A stretch of DNA of 64,000 nt, taken from assembly GCA_012295275.1 (NCBI GenBank), contig CM022671.1:310001-374000 (forward strand). The letters run 5' to 3'. Below are positions 29,535 to 44,517 of the stretch, in pieces; position 1 is the stretch's first letter; each line of letters opens with the position of its first letter. The notes under the pieces were generated by a model. It saw only the letters and a program-made list of their open reading frames with translations. It ran no database searches and was not told where the DNA came from. A program made the position numbers and the translations under genes. The stretch is from Chrysomallon squamiferum. Taxonomy: Eukaryota > Animalia > Mollusca.

Positions 29535-32500
29535 TTAAATCTTTTTGTTTTTCTTCTCTTTCACAGCTTGATGTAGTTTCACCAGATCACTGTGAAGATT
29601 ACGGTTGAGGATTTTTGAAACACAAATGACCGAGCCCAAAACTGCTCCCATCATTCCTGCCACACAAGCATCCTGACCTGAAAAACAATCATTTTAATTT
29701 CATTCATCTCAAATGATTTCACTTTAGTTTATATTAATTTAATATTGTATATTTTGCATAATTGTTTTATATTATTATTTTTTCTTTTAGTATTAATTTT
29801 TTTTTTCTTGTATATTATTTACTTCACTTAGTTTCAATTTTATTCATTTTACTTTAATTCTGATTTTTTTACTAAGATTTAACATTGTTTACTTACCTGT
29901 AATGTACAGTCCAGATATTCCGGTCTCTGGACGTAGATATAGCCATGATTCCAGTGCAAATCTCTCTCTGGTAAACTTCAAACCATAAGCTTCACCTTTT
30001 GGAGATCCCAGGTAGTAACTGCAGCTGACTGGAGTTCCTGTTTCCATATACTCCATCTGAAACAAAAACATTTAACGAGTAATTCACCTTATTGCTATTA
30101 CTACTGAATTAAAAGAAATTTAGTCAGTAATATAGAAAATATCAAATTCACTTTATTTGTATTGTTAATATTACTGAAATAGAAGAAATTAAATATTTGT
30201 ATTGTTAATATTACTGAAATAGAAGAAATTAAATATTTGTATTGTTATTATTTTTGAAACAAAAGAAATTAATTAAGTAATATTGTTACTACTATTGCTT
30301 CTGCTATGGATACTTCTGCAATAAAAACATTTTTGTTGATTTTACTGCTCATGAAGTTTTTGAATTTCTTTTACATTGTTTCTCCACAGAAAGTTCATTT
30401 CATAATTAATTTTTTTTTTGTTTGTTGCATTTTTTTAACTTATGAACTGCAGTATAATATTTCATATTGCATAGATATTATTATCATCATCACTGATTAA
30501 GTTATTTAAACAGGTACTATTCATTGTTAATCTCTGACCTTTCCTTCAAGCTGAGGGAAGAGCTCACAACACTGTTTCCACATCTGGTTTCCGAGAGCTG
30601 TTTTTATTTGTTCGTAACGTTCACCGCGATGTCTAACCTTCTCATCCTTCCATTCTGAAAACCACTCCCACTTTCCAAATGTAATTAACTGAGCTACACT
30701 CTTACCTAAAAATATCAATATATAAAATTCTACATCACAGTTCTTTCAGTTTACAATTTGTACACAGTGTAAGTCTACTAAAATTATTTACACACACACA
30801 CACTCTATCAGTACAAAATACTTAAATTTCTTAACAAAAAATAACTTCAGAACCATCTAGAGTAAAATTATTTCAGTGTGAGTTGCCAAATAAAGGCATT
30901 TTATTATAAATTCACTCTTCAAATAATGGAAGACTCAGTCTTTTTAGAAACTTTGCAAATATTAATATTTGGCACAATAAAGGACAGAGGTTTCTTTTTT
31001 ATCTATATTACAATATCATACCTGGGTATCTCTTTTCATATGATATATCTTTTGCTGAAGGAAATGATATAAACATCATTGGTACCTCTGCAGTTTCCAG
31101 ATCATCAACAGACAAGGATGCAAATTCACTCATGAGAGTGTTGAAATCATTGCTTTTTAACAAATAAATTGATAATACAATTTTTATTATTTTTTGAATT
31201 TTACTTATGGAATTATGTTTATTTAACAATAGTATGTCAACACATTTTAAAACAAACATTTATCATCTGCATAAGAATATGAAATAAGAAACTTCAAGCA
31301 GCCATTTCATCGGTACATTTTTGTTCCACTTAGCAAATAATAATCTTTCATGAACATTCCTGAAAACAGTAAATTTTATACCACATCCCATACACAAGTT
31401 GGAATAAGCAGTTACCAAAAGGATGTGCAGAAAAAAGTGACCCTGCATCATACCCTCAGAGTATAACTAAATACAAAGTAACCCTAGATACAATGTACCC
31501 TTCTGATTATAACTCTAACTACTATGTATCCCTCAAATTATAACTCCAAATCATAAATATCCTTCAGGATTTATCTTTAAATACCTAGTTGCCTTTAGGT
31601 AACTAATACTAAACACTAAATATATATATACTCTTTCTTTTGGAACTGTTTGTAGGTTATTATTAAAACCAAAGATTTCAAATAATCTGTGATGTAAGGA
31701 TATAAAGATGAGACAAATTGTTTATATTAAAAGAAAAAAATGCTGACGTTGTGGTTTTATCTAGATTATTTAAATACCTCATATAGGCCCATGTGTTTGC
31801 AGCTTTCAGTCCAAGTTCACTTGAACTGCCAGATATTCCAACAAAGACTGAGAAGAATGAAATTCCTGACCCCAGCTTCTCCATCACTGGATAAATAGCT
31901 GAAGAAAACAAAAAAACACACATTATATAAACACTAAGACAGCCACAATAACTCTACTCTTACTGTATGTAGTAAGGTACCTAAATTACTGAATGATGCT
32001 ATGAATCTAAGACCCAGTCCTGCATGGATCATTATTTTCTGTGAACCTGATGGCACAGAGAATTAAATAAAATATTTTTTTTTTGATATAACTATCACTA
32101 TTTATTGAACATGTAAATATTAATAAAATAAAGCAAAACAAAAATAATAACAACTATAATAATAATAGATTTAGTAAGTTAATTCTTAACATTCTGACAA
32201 ATATGATAATGTGTAAAATATAAAAAAAAATATATGTATGTGTATATAAAATGATAACTACTTACGTGATTTGACAGCAATTTCTTTTGGCAATAGTTTA
32301 GTAAATGTGTTAATGATTCCAGCATCAGAAATGACCATCTTGGCCAAAATATCAATATCTCCTGAAGACTTGTGAACTCGAACACCTGAACATTTTAATG
32401 TAAAATCCAATCAGTGTAAAATAATAATTTGTTTTTCATTTTAACAGGTGTCACAGTTTTGCTTAATTGTTTAATTTATTTTTAAAAATGCAAAACAAAA

Positions 32501-35500
32501 GTTTAATTGATATTCTCTAAATTTGCTAAATACCAAATAATAATAATAATAATAATAAATAAATGAAATACGATAAAAAAAAAAAAGCTAAGAAAACCTG
32601 ATGTTAACAAAATATTAACAAACATCATGAATTTATAATCTTTGTTTGGACTAATTACTACTAGCAGTATTATTTGTTGGACAGAAACAAATTTTCATTG
32701 GGTAAACAGGTTGTTTACCTGTAACTTGACCTTTCTGATTGGTCAGAATCTTTGTAACAGGAGCCTGAACCAGGACACGCCCACCATGGTGTTCAATCCC
32801 CTGTATCATGTGAAACGGTATCTCACTTGAACCTCCTTTCATGTAAAAGGCTCCTTTAAGGTAATGGTTGATAACACTGACATGAAATGAGAATGGGGCT
32901 TCATGTGGCATACAACCTGCAAAAAACGAAAATATTTCTCTGAACTGATTACTTAACAACAAGAACCAAAAAAAAAGAAAGATGAAAATTAACAATAACC
33001 CAATTAATCAATAAAATGATTGGATTTGGGGAGATAAACCCAAAATCTGAATTCATAAGAAAATTTAATTAACTTTTCATCAGCTTGAATCACAGACTGA
33101 CAAAAACACACATCATAAGAAAATATCATATCAAATTTAAAGAAAATGTTTTACATAAAATTTTTTGTTACATCCATATTAATGCATACTGTTCAAATGT
33201 AATTACATTAAAATTAGTAAGAAAAATTTTAAAAGTAAATAATCAAAGCTGATCTGTTTGTTTCTTAGAATAACTTAATATATTTAAAATCTATCATCTC
33301 GATTTGAGATACATGTATAAATTGCTCATATTTTTAATAAATATATAAAATATATAAATTCAGGTTAAATAAAATAACTGCAATATCTAATATCATTTTA
33401 CCATAGTCTCCAATGATGTATGAAAGAACGGCCTTCAAATCAGCATTGTTGGTGATGCTGTCAAGAACTTCCTGCAGACTTGTCTGTGAGTATTTGACCC
33501 AGTCCTTGTACATGAGCTGGAAGATTCCAGTTTGTACCATTAGCTTGGCCAACCATAAAGGCATGAACTTCAACATGTAAGGAGCAGAGGAGTATCTTCT
33601 AGCTTTCTGAAATAGATTGTTATAATTTAGTTTTCATGGTTATTGTTTAACCACCTGGCCATGATTAAATAACTTCTAAAAAATAATAATTCTCTTTATT
33701 CTGACTTCATAAAAATAAATATATTAACAATAATAAATAAATAAAAATCTATTTTTAAATATTAAAATTCTTTGCTATACAATACATATATGAATATTTA
33801 TTTTTAATTGTTTTGAAGAAAGCAATAACACCTCAGATTACATTTAAATCAAAGAGCAGTATATCAAAATATAACACTGGTTTTCTAATCTGTATATTAA
33901 AAAATAAAGAAAACTCTTTTTATTCTGTATAACAATATATTCTGATTTAAATGCTAAAGTCTAGCTCTGAATATATTTTATATGTGAAAGTGTCTATAGA
34001 TACCATCATAACTTCTCGGAACTTATCCACATCACCTTTGTTGTCAGGAAATAACTTTTTAAGTTGGTCCCAATACTCTTGGTTAGGCCCTGATCTCATG
34101 GGGTAAATTTTGGCTTTTCTTGGCTCACCAAGAGCAACCTGAAATCAAATTATTAAAACAGGAATTAGTATTAAAAATAGTGAAAATATATATTAAAATC
34201 AAAACAAGTAAGAAAAATTACTTTATACATATGATTAGAGAAAACAAGATGTTTTTTGTTGTTTTGGTAAACAGTGAATATAACTCTCAAATACTCCAAA
34301 AAGCCATAGAAATACATTTTAAATATAATATCTTTCTTATTAGATACACAAAATGTAGATATGATTCATTAAAAATTAATAGGATATCCAGTTTAAAAAA
34401 ATATATATATATCTTTTAATGCATACTGATAATAATCATTCTATGCTTTCATTACAAATATCAAATTAAAACTTCAGTAAATTTGTATCCATGGTATTGC
34501 AAAAAATAATTCTATAAATCTGTTGTATTCTAGTATATATAAGAATCTTTGAGAATGTTCAGTTACATTTATATTTAAAATATTATTTTGCAATAAATGA
34601 CTATATTTTTAATCATAAAATATAAATATTACAAACTTAATTTTAATATTTTGTTATTTATAAATTCTGAATTTACCAACTTTGGCTTCAATTTATAATA
34701 GTTTTTATTCATGTCCCACTAACTCAGTATCTGCAGCATTAGGAAATATTCATAAAAGTACCTACAACATCAAATTCTTGGTCCATTGGTATCCATTCCA
34801 ACTGACCTTCAGTCAACTGATCAACTAAGACATGAGACCACGACTTTCCATCCATTTCTCCAATATAATGAATTCCTACAAAGTGAGGACATTTATTTAA
34901 ATTATATTCCCAGTATAACTACATTGTTATACACACAACCTTTAATTTCAGCAATTATGTAGAGCTCTCTGAGGTCCATTATCCCTGTCATATCTACTTC
35001 TTTCGCTTCCATGTTCAAATGTTTAGACTCTAGTTATGAATTTTAATTAATAATTATTACATCCTGCCAAAAAAAGAAATATTTTATTTCAAATTGGTTG
35101 ACTTTTTCACCAATTCATTTCAACCTACCAGTGTCAAATTCAAATCCTTTCTCAATAAATGTATGACAACATCCTCCAGCGACATCATGCTGTTCCAGAA
35201 CAAGAACTTTTTTCCCAACCCGACTGAGTAACACTGCAGCTGACAAACCTCCAATACCACTTCCAATAACAATGACATCAAGGTTGTCTGGAATTTTTGA
35301 TATCTTGAACCCTAAACAGAAAGACAAAATTTTAATTGATTTCTTATTTTATTATTATTTATCATTATTAAAAACACCCAGGCTTTTTCTGTGAATATAC
35401 AAACTAATGTGTTTTATAACTAAAATATTCAGCAGTACATAAATTTATTACTTGTATCTTGCCAGAAATTTACTGTTGTTAATTAGGTGATAATATAAAT

Positions 35501-36547
35501 AATGTTTAAAAGAATTCTATACAAAATGTAGTAAAGAGTATGTGTTTCAATAATCATATCTGTAATAAGACTTTCTTTTTTTACTAAAATACACATGGAG
35601 AAAATCATAATAATTTGTGTTGTATACAACAAACCTATTTCTATCATTATTTACTAAGTTACCTTACATTAATCAGTAAATGGTGCTTACTAATGATTAA
35701 ATAGGTCAAATTATAAATACACTATGTGACATTTTTAATTGTGTAACAATGTGAACTTTGGACTTTGGACTTTGCTATGAATGAGTATGCATAGATTTAT
35801 GTTTAGAGTGTATTCACCTTCAAGGACAAGATAATATTATTATTATTAATGTATATAACATTTTCCCTTATCATTTAGCTTTAAAAAATCATTTTCCTAA
35901 CAAAACTTGCAAAGAATTATGTTTCAGTTATATGTTTTGGTTTATAAACTATGCTACTACAACTGCAACTGTAAGAAAAACATTTTGCATCTCATTTATT
36001 ATTTATTCAACAATTAGCCGAGATCCTGACTTTTTTGTTGTTGTTGTTGTTTTTAAATTCCATATTACTGATATAACAAAAGTAATAAGCAAAAGCCTCT
36101 GAATAATAAACAGACGTTCAGCTATACAAAGTCAGCTATCATTTATAATTTTTTAATACAACATTATTAAAGTTGCTACTACTTTAACTACTGAACAATA
36201 AATAAACGACTGCATACCTTTGATTATATATCACTGATAGCAGAGATTAAACTCAGAGCCAAAGATAATAAAAAGAAGATGAAGAAAGAAATCAAATAAC
36301 AGTAATAGTTACACAATAAATTCTTCGTTTTAGCTAACTTACTCTGTTTTAAAACCACATCTCTCGCTTTTTTTTCTGTGACAAGTGGTTTTATTGGTTT
36401 GATAAATTCCTCGCCAAATGGATTTCTGCCTGGTTTCGAACCGACAAAAAAGAGCGACAAACAAACTATAAAACAATATAACAGCAAACCTATTACAAAT
36501 ATATTTGGATTTCGCATAAAATATTCAATGATCGCTTCTACACCCAT
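29535..36547 (-). CDS. RETSAT: All-trans-retinol 13,14-reductase (retinol saturase)-like, paralogue A, 12 exons, ~625 aa. Exons 36547-36343, 35311-35129, 34875-34766, 34138-34004, 33606-33402, 32916-32719, 32385-32266, 31898-31778, 31152-31022, 30705-30539, 30056-29897, 29677-29535
   Basis: N-terminal membrane anchor; [12 protein letters not shown] (GxGxxG FAD-binding), [60 protein letters not shown]; all junctions GT/AG and phase-consistent. Confidence 0.93.
30157..30275. repeat. ~40-bp tandem repeat (about 3 copies) in a RETSAT-A intron
   Basis: tttgtattgttaatattactgaaatagaagaaattaaata repeated. Confidence 0.8.
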
Positions 36548-36718
36548 TATTCTGTAAAATATTGACTATCGTTTGAGCTGTCTTCTCTCGTCTGCCTAAA
36601 ATGTCACTCCACATAGATATTTTGTTAGAGTAGTCTTCCCATGTTGTTGTTTTTTTTGTTTTTTTTTGTTTTTTTTTTTTTTTTCGTGTGGGTTTTTTAT
36701 TATTATTATTATTTTTTT

Positions 36719-36756
36719 TATAACCATTATTAATCTTTCTTATTTTTATTTCTTCA

Positions 36757-36798
<42 letters not shown>

Positions 36799-37204
36799 TA
36801 GTAGTAGTAGTAGGAGTAGTAGCAGTAGTAGCAGAAGAAATTTTATTCTTTAAAGGCTATTTATTTTATTTCATGTAGTATTTGATTTCCTTTATATATT
36901 TATAAGATTTATATATTTATTACTATTTTAACCTTGTTATAAAAAAAAATATAAAAAAATAAAAAACTGCAAAGACTTAATTTCCTATCCTCTCTAACTT
37001 AAAATAAAGCTTGTTCTGCATTCCAGTTGCTGTTCAGTGCTGGTATTTTTATTTTCCTTTCTCTGCAAATCAGAAAATGTAACCACTGATGTCTGCAGTA
37101 GATTTCCTTTCTTTGATAACATCTTTACCAAAAATAATATTAATAAAAATTATTTATTATTATTTTTTTTTTTTTTTTTTTTTGTGGGTTTTTTTTTTTA
37201 TTAT

Positions 37205-37243
<39 letters not shown>

Positions 37244-37300
37244 CCATTATTAATCTTTCTTATTTTTATTTCTTCAGTTATTATTATTATTATTATTATT

Positions 37301-37339
<39 letters not shown>

Positions 37340-37667
37340 CAGAAGAAATTTTATTCTTTAAAGGCTATTTATTTTATTTCATATAATATTTGATTTCCTT
37401 TATATATTTATAAGATTTATATATTTATAATATTTATTACTATTTTAACCTTGTTATAAAAAAAATAAAAATAAAAAACTGCAAAAACTTAATTTCCTAT
37501 CCTCTCTAACTTAAAATAAAGCTTGTTCTGCATTCCAGTTGCTGTTCAGTGCTGGTATTTTTATTTTCCTTTCTCTGCAAATCAGAAAATGTAACCACTG
37601 ATGTCTGCAGTAGATTTCCTTTCTTTGATAACATCTTTACCAAAAATAATATTAATAAAAATTATTT
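36719..37667. repeat. ~520-bp-period tandem duplication directly upstream of RETSAT-A
   Basis: Near-identical blocks starting tataaccattattaatctttc at 36719 and 37239, both ending ...accaaaaataatattaataaaaattattta. Confidence 0.9.
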
Positions 37668-38180
37668 AAAAAAAAATTTGTTTTACCTGGTTTATAATTC
37701 TTAATATAAAAATGAAATGCATCATTAAAGAAAGGTTTATTTAATCAGTCTCAGACCATTTACTATTTTTAATTTATAATTTTCCCTTTATTATTTTAAA
37801 ATAATTTTCCCACATTTAATTCATGAATCAAGACAAATTAATTTAAAAATAAAGATTTCCTTTATTACTAGAACACCTTCAAACAAAGCAATAATATAAA
37901 TGCATATAATGTGGCACAAATTCAAAGCACTAAAGAAAAACATACAGAAAAGAACAGACTTTTCCATTATTAAAAATACATTTTGTTCTTTGTTATTTCA
38001 TCAATATATATATTTATAGATAGATAGATAGATAGATATATGAACTGCAGTTTTGAAATCACATTAATAATCTTGAAAGCATTTAAAAAGAATAACTTTT
38101 TAAAGCAGCAAGCTAGTATTAGTGGTCTGGAAAAAAAACCCAGTCAGTATCAAACAAGCAAATTGAAATAAACTTAATAA

Positions 38181-38250
<70 letters not shown>

Positions 38251-40659
38251 TTTATAATGATAAATAAACAAACTATATGGATAATAAAAATAATAAATTA
38301 TACCATAAGTAAATCAAAATTTAAGAAAATAATAAAAAAATATATAATATATAATGAGAAAGAATCAAAACTCTGTACCCTAGTACCATAACTATAATCC
38401 TAAATAGTACTTATAACATAAAAATAAATCCACTGAAATTGATGTAATTTGAATAATATGCAAAACATATTTGTTAACACACAATTATAGCACTAGCAAA
38501 AACACACACAAAAATAAAATTTGTTTTTTGTAAATTAAAATTATATGACAAAGTAATTAATACAAAATAGTTATCTAAAACAGAACAAAATTAAAAACTG
38601 CAAAAGCTATATTAATACAAACATAATAAAAATGTATTAAAAATATATAAAAAATGTTTGGTGTGTGTAAAACATGTTTTTCGAGTCCTTCAGTTTACCA
38701 ATATAAACAAATATGGAGGTGTTTTCATGATGTAATACAACACATACTAGATATGTATTTTTTATTTAAGAAGTGGGAGGGTATCATCACTGTGGTTGGG
38801 GAATAATATTCATAACATGAATTCTGTTACAAAGGAAAAACAATAGAGGTACACCTTTTATATAAATGTACCTGTCTATCTGTGTATGTTTGTTTTATGT
38901 TTATATACCAGCATATGACAAAAATAACTTTTAAGATAAAGATTGGCTAACTTTTTTTTTGGAGCCAATGATTTCTCTTGAAATGTGCAAAATAAAATTT
39001 ACCTAATAAAAAACACTGTTTTTGGTGTGTATGTGTATAATTTTATATATATCTACAGTCTAAAGTCTCCTATAAACCAAACATTCATTAAATTCATTAA
39101 TATCAAATCAGTTTTCATTTTTAGCTACCCAAATAAGTAAATTATTTCTAAAATTGATAATAAATTAAAATATGAGAAAATAAAATAAAATTGTTATTAA
39201 AAAATTAAATAAATACCTATTAAAATTGATGAAAATTAAAAAAATTATTCCATATCTGATCAAGCAGAAAATAAATGTTTAATAAAAGGAATAATATATT
39301 GATTATTTAAATAAGGTTATCAAAATTATATTCTACTCTTTATATGTTAAAAAAAACCTGTAAAATTTCAATTATATAAATTCTTCTTTTTTTATTATGA
39401 TAATTATGTTTTGTTACAATGTGGTAAATTTAAGATTCAGGTAACAATATTTTTCTGCTAAATAATTTTACCCCCTAAAAAAAATATTAAAATGATTTGT
39501 GTATAAAATATTTTTCTAGTATTTCATAGTGTTGTACCAAATATTTAAAATCAAAATATAGGTTTTTCTAATATATCACAATATTTAGCCATATAAAAAA
39601 AATATACTCAGGATACCCTATAATTATAGTTACACAATTCCACACATTAAACTATATTTTAAGGAAATAAATATTAGTATATGCAAAAATTATATATAAT
39701 TTCTAAACACTCCAACTATTATTTCCACATTAATTTGGTTTTTTTGGTAATTGTTGCCTTAATATAATTATTTGTTTTTAAAGAAATGTGAATAATAGGT
39801 TGCCTTTTTCATTTGTTTGTTTTTGTTTTATACATTCCACATAGAGTGTATACTAATTACTTCTAATACAAAATGTATTTATTTAAATAACAGAAGTTTA
39901 AAATAATAATAATAATATTAATAATAAAAGTAATAATAATAATAAATAAATAAATAAATTTATTAAATATTTTCCCCATGGATATCATATAATACACAGA
40001 GGTTTAAATCAAGTGCAATACAATTATAGTTATTCATAATGTATTTTGAACAAAATTGCATATGCATCTTCACTTCAAGGGAAATAACTCCAATAGAGAG
40101 GTACATACTCAATAATTTAATGTTTGATTCAATTTCTGCATTTTTATTTTAACATTCAAATAATACATGGAAAAAATAAAGAAAACCAAGGTTTTACATA
40201 TTCTGATTCTGTAAATAAACTGGTATATTTTCTCGTTTTGTTTCATTTTTAAATAACTCATTTTGTTTTATTTAATTTTATTTTTAAATATTCTCTTATT
40301 TACTCTTTTTTAATTTAATTTAATTTTTTATTATTATTATTATTTATTCATTTATTCATTCATTTATTTATTTTTTATTTTTTATATTTTTTGTTGCTGT
40401 TTTCCTTTTGTTATGCTGCAAAAAATGATTCATACTTTATTTGAAATTTAAATTTTATACATTCTTTAATTTTGTTTTTCTTTCATATTCTTACTTTTAA
40501 TTTGTTGTTGCTTTCATAGAATTTTACATTCTCATCATTACTAAATCAGTTACTTTATTTTTTTATTTCATTGCTTAAACTATCTGATGACTCCTTTTTT
40601 TTTTTTTTTTTGGTCTATTGTCTCTTAATGCTTCTTTCTCTCTTTGCTGAATTTACTGT

Positions 40660-41472
40660 TTAAGCTTTCTTTTGTTTCTTTGCACTCAGAGTTTTATGCA
40701 GCTTCATGACCTGACTGTGGAGATTCTCATCAAGAATTTTCGAAGCACAAATAATGGCTCCCATAACAGCACCAAACATCCCAGAAGTACACGGATCCTG
40801 GCCTGAAAATTCAATCAGTTAATTAGCTAGCTTTCCCTGTCCGTCTGTCTGCTTGTATGATTATTTCATTATTTCATTATTTATTTACTGATTTAGCAGT
40901 AAAGTAATTATAAAAATAAGCATGTATAAATGAATAAACAAAATCTTTCTCATTTTTGTTTTTTATATTTACACATGGAATGATGTTGCAAAGAAAGAAA
41001 AATAGATTTTATTATATTGTTTCACTTTATCATTATTAAAAATTGGTTTTTTTGTCAAATAAATCAAAACAAATAGCATCATTCCTCCATATATAAACTA
41101 TTTGTTTCCAACTGCACATTAAATATTCAGTAATTTCATTTATTTCTTCATCCATTCCAAAGACTACTTATCTTTAAAAATCTTGAGGAATGAAAATACA
41201 TTAAACAGAATTAAATAAAAAAACACTAAAGTTATTTGGGATTTTTTTGTTTACCTGTCAGGAAAAGACCAGGAATTCCTGTTTCTGGTCGCAGGTTGAG
41301 ACATGAATCGAGACTTATTCTATCTTTTGAGAGTTCAAGTCCATACGGTTCACCATGTGGTGCTGCCAAGTAGTAATTACTGCTGACTGGAGTTCCAACC
41401 TCCAGATACTCCATCTAAAGACAAAAATAATAATCACAACATTTAATCTAACAAAGTTAAAAAACATGAACA

Positions 41473-41515
<43 letters not shown>

Positions 41516-44481
41516 AAGAAAAAAAAATAATAATAATAATAAAAATAATAATAATAATCTATATATAGAGTAACAATAATAATATACTAATACTGTAATG
41601 ATAATCTTAGATATATAACAATGAGATAATAATAATTATATAAAAATTATAGTACCATAATATCAGCACTGTAATGATACAAATATCACTACTAATAAAA
41701 CATAAACACCAGTAACTTATACATTTTTTTTTTTAAATTATATAGAATAATTAAATAAATCAAAACTGCAGAGGTCTTTAAAAAGGACTATTTATTGTTA
41801 ACCTCTGACCTTTCCATCAAGCTGAGGGAAGAGCTCACAACACTGTTTCCACATCTGGTTTCCGAGAGCTGTTTTAGTTTGTTGATAACGTTCACCGCGA
41901 TGTCTAACCTTCTCATCCTTCCATTCTGAAAACCACTCCCATTCAGCCATTGTGATGATCAAAGCAACACTTTTACCTACAAACAGACATTTTTCATAAT
42001 TACAGGCTGCAGATCCCTTGCTGAATATCTGGAATGCTTTCGATTTTGTCAGACTTTGGAATAAAATCATATGTGATTTTTATTTCATATATGGCTTATA
42101 CAGATAGATTGCAGGAGTTTATATAATATTTTTGTTAATTTTGCTCCTGTTTCAGCTGTTTGAAAAATGATTTAGATTTCAGAATTTCAGATTAAGGATC
42201 TTCAAGCTATATTTTATGGTCAGACCATGATGCTATCTGACTGTGTTGGTGAAGGTTATTTTATTTAAACCTGGATATCGTTCTTCCCAAGATGGGTCCT
42301 TTGCTGAAGGAAATGAGATAAAAAGCATTGGAAGTTTTGTGGTTTCAAGGTCATCAAAGGACAAGTTCATGTAGGATGAAAGAATTGTATCCAAATCATT
42401 GCTGAAAAGGTTAAAATATGTTTTAAACATATTTGGAAACATTTCCTAAATATAAAATGAAAACAGTAAAGTTGCAAAGTATCTGGTGGTAAAAATAAAA
42501 AAAATTGTCTAAAAATAGGTGCAAACAAATAATAATAATAATAGCCAGTATAATGGAATCTAATCAATTATTTCTTTATTTTTTCTGAAAAGCTAAAATT
42601 CTAAATCCATGTGAATTCTTTTGAAAAAACAAAAATCAAAAGACAAAAGAAATGAATTATATTTCTGAATTCTATATAAACATCTTTGAAAATCAATATA
42701 AATAAGTTTAAAACTGTAAAATACATTTTGAAAATAAAAAATAATATAAATAAAAATATGTATATATTAAACATGAAAAAATAAATTTAAGAACACCAAT
42801 AAAAATATTTTAAAAAATTAAAAACAAATGAGTTTTTGACGTATACCTCAGATAGGCCCACGTGTTCTGTGCTTTCAGCCCCAGGTCCTCTGCAGATCCA
42901 TCCAGGCCAACGTAAGCTTGCAGAAATGACTTGCTTGATCCTATCCTCTCCATAACTGGGTAAATGGCTGTGAATAAAAACAATATATTCGGTTGATAAA
43001 TCATAATTTTAATGCAAAAGGTTAGTAGGTGTCAAGGTCATTGTTTTTCTGACAATGATAGTTTGTATTTATTCCTAAATAAGAAGTGCATTCTAAGACC
43101 TTTGGTGTAAAAGTTGGGACACTGTTTGGAACTGGAAATAACCAAATAAATTACACACTCTACAAGTTTTATTTCCATTAATCCTGGATAAAACCAACAA
43201 GCACAATAATGAAATCTACAGAATAATAAAAAATGTAAAACAAGACATTACGTGATTTGTCAGCAATTTCTTTTGGCAACAGCTTAGTGAATGTATTAAT
43301 AGCCCCAGCATCAGAAACAACCATCTTAGCCATTACATCTACACTGCCTGACGACTTGTGTACCCGAACACCTGAAACAACAAAAACAACAACAAATCAA
43401 CAAGTAAGTAAATGATGATGATGATGATGATGATGATGAGGTTTATGAGGTTGATAATAATAATAATAATAATAACAACAAAAATAGCAACAACAATCAC
43501 AGTAACAATAACAATAACAGTAATAGTAATAATAAATAACAACAAGCATGGAAACAAATATGATGTACGAAAAAAATAGACATATGACTTTAGTTTTCAA
43601 ATATTATTAAATATGGCAGTGCCAATAATTACAAATGTGCTTATATTTCCAGATTATCCACTTATGGTATGACTTTTGTTACTTTCAGGTGCAATATCCA
43701 TACTTAATCCTAACATTATACACAAGTGGAAGACAGACAATGCAATTTTTTTTAGATATGTGTGTGTATAAAGTTGTACATCCAATGTTGTGAAAAAACA
43801 GGTTCCATTCAGTTTGAATTATGAATGACTGTAGTGTATGTAGAGATAACCTTTGACTTCTGCAACACAAATGTCATATTTAATCAAATAAAAAGTACAC
43901 ACTCACCTATGACCTCTTCATTTTCATTAGTCAGTATCTTGGTCACTGGTGCCTGCACAAGCACTCTGCCGCCATTTCTCTCTATTATCTGAATCATTTG
44001 GAATGGGATTTCACTGGATCCTCCCAGGACATAGTAAGCTCCTTTGCGGAAATGTTGTATCATGTTGACATGCACAGAGAAAGGAGCTTCATGTGGAAAA
44101 ACTCCTATTGCAAAAACAACAAAGAACATTTTTTAATGTGATAAGGTAATGTGAAAATAAAATTTATAAATTTATAGAGATCCTTGAATTATTTTTATTT
44201 CTTGTCAAACTTGAAGTTACCCTCTGTGAAAACAGGTTGTTTTATTTAAGACAGTTCTCTAAAAATACCATGTTTTTTTTTTTCTGTATGTTTGGTTGTT
44301 TTTTTGTTTTTGGTTTTTTTCTTCAAATTTTTTAATAATCATTCCATGAATTATATAACATATCTAAAATAATTATAGTAATAATAATAATAATAAATTA
44401 AATAAAATTTAAAAATTAAAATAACTAATAATTTACTATTATTGTTAGTAACAAAATAAAACCACATTTATATTTATATTG

Positions 44482-44517
<36 letters not shown>

